In this document: piece after piece, positions 60,125 through 64,000 of the stretch
How the letters are laid out: the number at the start of each line of letters is the position of its first letter
Numbering within the stretch: position 1 is the first letter of the stretch
From: Treponemataceae bacterium
GTDB taxonomy: Bacteria > Spirochaetota > Spirochaetia > Treponematales > Rectinemataceae
Assembly: GCA_963667725.2 (NCBI GenBank)
Contig: CAXXHO010000005.1
Span: 1,184,001-1,248,000 of the forward strand
Reading direction: 5' to 3'
Length of the DNA stretch: 64,000 nt
Made by a program: the position numbers and the translations under genes
The notes under the pieces: model-generated
What the model was told of the DNA's origin: nothing
Databases searched by the model: none
What the model saw: only the letters and a program-made list of their open reading frames with translations

Positions 60125-61222
60125 ATGGCGGATCAAAACCGATTCGAACAACTGGTGGAACTACTCAAGCTTAAAGGTTTGGACGCCGTCTTCCTCGCTC
60201 CTTCGTCAGACCTCAAGTACATAACGGATCTGGACATGAAGCCCGATTCGCGGCTGAAAGGCGCCGTCGTGACAAGGGAAGGGAAGAGCTTTTTTCTCTG
60301 CCCCTCGCTGTACAGAGATGAGATGGAAGGTCTTAACCGGGATATGCGGATTATGGAGTGGAAGGACGGCGAAGGTTTCAAGGCCGCCTTCCAGTCGGGA
60401 CTGCGGCAGACCGGCATCGACTTAAGCTCTCCGAGAATCGCTTTTACGCGCGGCATAGAAGCCGGCGACATGCTCGACGCGGTGGATGGACTGGGCGCGA
60501 CCTGCGTCAGCGGCTTTGAGCTTCTCTCCCCCCTGCGATCCGTGAAAAGCCCCAAAGAGCAGGATTGCATGCGCTATGCTTCCCTCATGAACGACAAGAT
60601 GATGGAAGCCGCCAGGAGCTATATCAGGCCAGGGGTATCCGAAACCGACATCATTGCCTTCGTCGTCAATTTCCATGAATCTCATGGCGGCAAGCCGCGC
60701 GTTCCCGGGGTTTCGACAGGACTCAACACCGCCAAGCCCCATTATCCGCGGGACAATAACCGTTTAGTGGAAGCCAACGATATCGTCAGGATCGATTCAG
60801 GCGGGTGGTACGAAGGCTACAGCCATGACATGACGAGAACCTTTTTCGTGGGAAGGCCTACCGACGAACAGCGGAACGTCTACGAGATCGTGCTCAAGGC
60901 CCAGCTAGCCGCCGAGGAACGCGTGCGGATCGGGGCTATCCCCCGCGATCTCGACAGGACGGCGAGGGATATCATCGCCAAGGCCGGCTACGCGGAAGCC
61001 TTCAATCACCGACTAGGGCATGGAATCGGCATGGATGGCCATGAAGCCCCGTATATCTCGGAGGCGAACGACCTGCCTCTTGTCGAAGGAAACTGCTTCA
61101 GCATCGAGCCCGGAATCTATATTAAAGGAAGATTCGGCATTCGAATCGAAGATTTGGTGATGTTGACCAGCGGCGGCAGGGAAATACTGAACCATTTTAC
61201 CAAAGAACTTATCACGCTGTAA
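60125..61222 (+). CDS. M24 Xaa-Pro peptidase family protein
   Basis: Metal ligands in DSGG..YSHDMTRT, GHGIG..HE, IEPGIY and RIED. Confidence 0.9.
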   Translation: MADQNRFEQLVELLKLKGLDAVFLAPSSDLKYITDLDMKPDSRLKGAVVTREGKSFFLCPSLYRDEMEGLNRDMRIMEWKDGEGFKAAFQSGLRQTGIDLSSPRIAFTRGIEAGDMLDAVDGLGATCVSGFELLSPLRSVKSPKEQDCMRYASLMNDKMMEAARSYIRPGVSETDIIAFVVNFHESHGGKPRVPGVSTGLNTAKPHYPRDNNRLVEANDIVRIDSGGWYEGYSHDMTRTFFVGRPTDEQRNVYEIVLKAQLAAEERVRIGAIPRDLDRTARDIIAKAGYAEAFNHRLGHGIGMDGHEAPYISEANDLPLVEGNCFSIEPGIYIKGRFGIRIEDLVMLTSGGREILNHFTKELITL

Positions 61223-61237
61223 TGGAAGGCTGAAAAT

Positions 61238-62425
61238 ATGACATCAGAAATTCTTGAAAGGTCCCTTGCCATTAAGGAATACATTGTCCAAGCCAAGCGG
61301 AGGATTCATAGGGAACCCGAGCTCGCCATGAAGGAATTCAAGACGACCGAATTCGTGAAGTCGGAATTGAAATCCATGGGGATTGAGATGGTTCCCCTCG
61401 AATCCGAAGTTGGGGTGCTGGGCATCATCCGCGGTGAGAAAACCGGGCAAGGGATCGTGTCCGCTCTGCGCGCCGACATGGATGCGCTCCCGATACAGGA
61501 AACCACCGGCCAGTCCGATCGATCGATTGTGCCCGGCGTGATGCACGCATGCGGCCACGATTGCCACACGGCGATGCTGCTTGGCGCGGCCAAGCTCCTC
61601 GCCTCGATGAAGGATAGATTTTCCGGAACGGTCAAGCTGGTTTTTCAGCCGGCCGAGGAAAACCTTAATGGCTCCGCGGCGATGATCCGTCTGGGTGTCA
61701 TGGACAATCCGAAGGTGGACTGTCTCCTCGGTCTTCATGGCCACCCAACCTATGATGTCGGACAGATAGCCATGCGCTCGGGCGCCTATATGGCTTCTTC
61801 CGATTTCTTCACCGTCAGAATGAAGGGCGTAAGCGGCCATGGCGCCTACCCGCACCGCGTGGCTTGCGATCCGATTCTGGCCGCGTCCAATGCCGTGATG
61901 TCGATACAGAGCATAATAACCAGGCAGATCGACGCTCTCGACAGCGTCGTCATTTCCGTATGCCAGATAAGCGGCGGAAGCGCGAAGAACATCATTCCGG
62001 AGACGGTGGAATTCTCGGGATCGGTGCGCTGTCAGAGCCTGGCGACGCGCGACACGATCGAGGGACGAGTCAGACGAGTCGTCGAGAATGTGGCGGAAGT
62101 CTACGGCTGTACTTCGACGCTCGAGTATCATTACGGCGTCCCACCACTTACCAACTCCCCAGAACTCACCGCTCATGTATGGGAGAGCGCGGAAAAGCTC
62201 GTCGGTCCGGAAAATGTCAAGCAGATCGATATCCCCGCGATGGGTTCCGAAGACTTTTCCCGATACAGCGACGTGGTGCCGCAGACGGTATTCGCTCGGC
62301 TTGGCATAAAGACTCCAGGGGGCGAGGCGCCCAAGTATCATAACGGCAGTTTTATCTTCGCTGAAGACGCCTTGCCATATGGCACCGCGCTGTTCACGCA
62401 GTTTGTTCTCGACCTCAACAAGTAA
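61238..62425 (+). CDS. M20D amidohydrolase
   Basis: RADMDALP, MHACGHDCH, QPAEE and MGSEDF motifs. Confidence 0.92.
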   Translation: MTSEILERSLAIKEYIVQAKRRIHREPELAMKEFKTTEFVKSELKSMGIEMVPLESEVGVLGIIRGEKTGQGIVSALRADMDALPIQETTGQSDRSIVPGVMHACGHDCHTAMLLGAAKLLASMKDRFSGTVKLVFQPAEENLNGSAAMIRLGVMDNPKVDCLLGLHGHPTYDVGQIAMRSGAYMASSDFFTVRMKGVSGHGAYPHRVACDPILAASNAVMSIQSIITRQIDALDSVVISVCQISGGSAKNIIPETVEFSGSVRCQSLATRDTIEGRVRRVVENVAEVYGCTSTLEYHYGVPPLTNSPELTAHVWESAEKLVGPENVKQIDIPAMGSEDFSRYSDVVPQTVFARLGIKTPGGEAPKYHNGSFIFAEDALPYGTALFTQFVLDLNK

Positions 62426-62449
62426 CGGAACGGAAGGAGAATTCTAATA

Positions 62450-63448
62450 ATGACCATGACTCACAGGCAGCGTATCGAGGCGGCATTATCCTTGAGCGCG
62501 ACAGACAGACTCCCCTACAGCATGTGGATGCACTTTCCCAATCGCGACAGGCATCCCCGTCGCCTTGCCGAGTTAAGTCTCGCCAACCAAAAACGTTACG
62601 ATCTGGATTTTATCAAGTTCATGCCTTACGGACTCTTCACCACGGCGGACTTCGGGATCGATCTCGATGTCGTTCCGGGCTTCGATTGCCCTCCCGTTCT
62701 TCATACTCCACTCATTAAAAAAGTGGAAGATTGGGACAAGATCCGTTTCGTATCCGGGACGGAAGGGGAGTATGCCATAGTGCTCGAGGCGCAAAGGATA
62801 CTATTCTCCATGATGGACGAGCGCGTGCCCTTCCTTCAGACCTTGTTCAGTCCGATGACCACAGCCGCGAAGCTATGCAGCTCCGATACCCTCCTGAAGC
62901 ATATAGCGCAGGATCCATGCAGGGTCAGAAGGGCTCTCGAGAACATTACGGCGACCACGATCCAGTTCGCCAAGGCTTCCGTCGCGCTCGGGGCGGACGG
63001 CTTTTTCCTCGCCACGCAGCTTTCCGTATCAAACATCATCGACGCGCCGACGCATGAGAGTTTCGTGAAGAAATACGACCTGCAGATACTCGATGCCGTC
63101 AAGGAATCCACCTGGTTCAACGTGCTGCATGTCCATGGCGCCAACGCCATGCTTCGCGAATCGCAGGATTATCCCGTCCAGGCAATGAGCTGGCACGACA
63201 GGGACGACGGCCCCTCCATGGATGAAGTGCGCGGCTACAGCGACAAAGCGTTTATAGGCGGCATGAGCTGGGGGGAGAACTGGATAGGGAAGACCGATGA
63301 GGCGGTGATTGAAGAGGTTCGGGAAGTCGCGGAGCGCCAGGGTGGAAAGGGAATAATCTTGGGACCGGGCTGCGTCATCGATCCTTCCACTCCGGAGGAA
63401 AGGCTCGCCTTGGTTCACAAGACGGTCCTGGAAACGGCGAAAGGCTAG
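62450..63448 (+). CDS. Uroporphyrinogen decarboxylase (URO-D)-superfamily protein
   Basis: MTHRQRIEAAL..DRLP start; QTLFSPMT, GADG, LHVHG and ILGPGC motifs. Confidence 0.8.
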   Translation: MTMTHRQRIEAALSLSATDRLPYSMWMHFPNRDRHPRRLAELSLANQKRYDLDFIKFMPYGLFTTADFGIDLDVVPGFDCPPVLHTPLIKKVEDWDKIRFVSGTEGEYAIVLEAQRILFSMMDERVPFLQTLFSPMTTAAKLCSSDTLLKHIAQDPCRVRRALENITATTIQFAKASVALGADGFFLATQLSVSNIIDAPTHESFVKKYDLQILDAVKESTWFNVLHVHGANAMLRESQDYPVQAMSWHDRDDGPSMDEVRGYSDKAFIGGMSWGENWIGKTDEAVIEEVREVAERQGGKGIILGPGCVIDPSTPEERLALVHKTVLETAKG

Positions 63449-63457
63449 CCGCTGAAA

Positions 63458-64000
63458 TCAGGGAAGTTCTTTTGTAATTTCCAGCGCGGCGGTGCCAGCA
63501 ATCGTATTTCTCGCCCTTAAAAGGTGGTCTTGCATGCTGGCCATCGCCGCGGCGCCGCTGCCCGCTTTAATAAGCTCAAAGATTTCTCGGTGCTCAATCT
63601 TGCCTTGCTCGCTTCCGACCGACGCGTACATGTACTTAGCCCGCAGGAAGCGCAGCCAGTCGGCCAGGAATCTGTTGATCTCGATGAGAGCGCTGTTGTG
63701 CGAAGCGGCAATGATCGCGGAATGAAAATCGAGGGGCGGATCCAGCGAGGCAGGTTCGCTGCTCGCGTGATCGAGGGCCAGATACAAAGCCGCAAGATCA
63801 GCTTCCGTATGCTTTTCGGCCGCTAGATAGGCCGCCTGCGTCTCTATTCCCATGCGAACCTCGAAAAGCTCCTGGACCGTAAAGGCTGGATTCATCATCA
63901 CGAAATCGATGGTTTCGATGATATTGTTCGCCGTCACCTTCCGGATAAAGACGCCCTTGCCGCGGACATGCTGGACAATCCCCACGAATTCCAGGACTTT
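63458..64000 (-). CDS. FadR/GntR regulator, paralog of 56415-57161 (5'-truncated by the window)
   Basis: The frame is open to the window end; KVLEFVGIVQHVRGKGVFIRKV is identical to the 56415 regulator. Confidence 0.92.
   Translation of the reverse strand, partial: KVLEFVGIVQHVRGKGVFIRKVTANNIIETIDFVMMNPAFTVQELFEVRMGIETQAAYLAAEKHTEADLAALYLALDHASSEPASLDPPLDFHSAIIAASHNSALIEINRFLADWLRFLRAKYMYASVGSEQGKIEHREIFELIKAGSGAAAMASMQDHLLRARNTIAGTAALEITKELP

Overview
A gene-dense, GC-rich bacterial chromosomal segment. An anaerobe, possibly a Spirochaetales member, is inferred from the BspA-type LRR protein, the flavodiiron protein and the transporter repertoire; this is not verified. It carries about 58 CDSs, and I found no rRNA, tRNA, CRISPR array or transposase. 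Main blocks: (1) a TetR-controlled AbgB-like amidohydrolase / DUF5058 pair / CapA operon; (2) a convergent HD-GYP response regulator and hybrid sensor kinase; (3) a FadR-controlled sugar ABC / split transketolase / cupin / Gfo-Idh-MocA operon; (4) tatA-trkA-trkH, fprA and a lipocalin; (5) an AT-rich 2.5 kb LysR + secreted metallo-beta-lactamase-fold cassette bracketed by 50-bp hairpin-containing inverted repeats; (6) a 14 kb divergent tricarboxylate locus (GntR, tctCBA, citE, citF, AbrB-like, prpB / aconitase, citC, citD, citXG, icd); (7) mixed accessory genes, including an ion permease with a structured, riboswitch-like leader; (8) a peptide ABC system divergent from a FadR / cysteine desulfidase / SBP / M24 / M20 / UroD-like operon, with two face-to-face sigma54-consensus promoters between them and a paralogous FadR at the window end. 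All family assignments come from motif recognition by eye, not from database searches.
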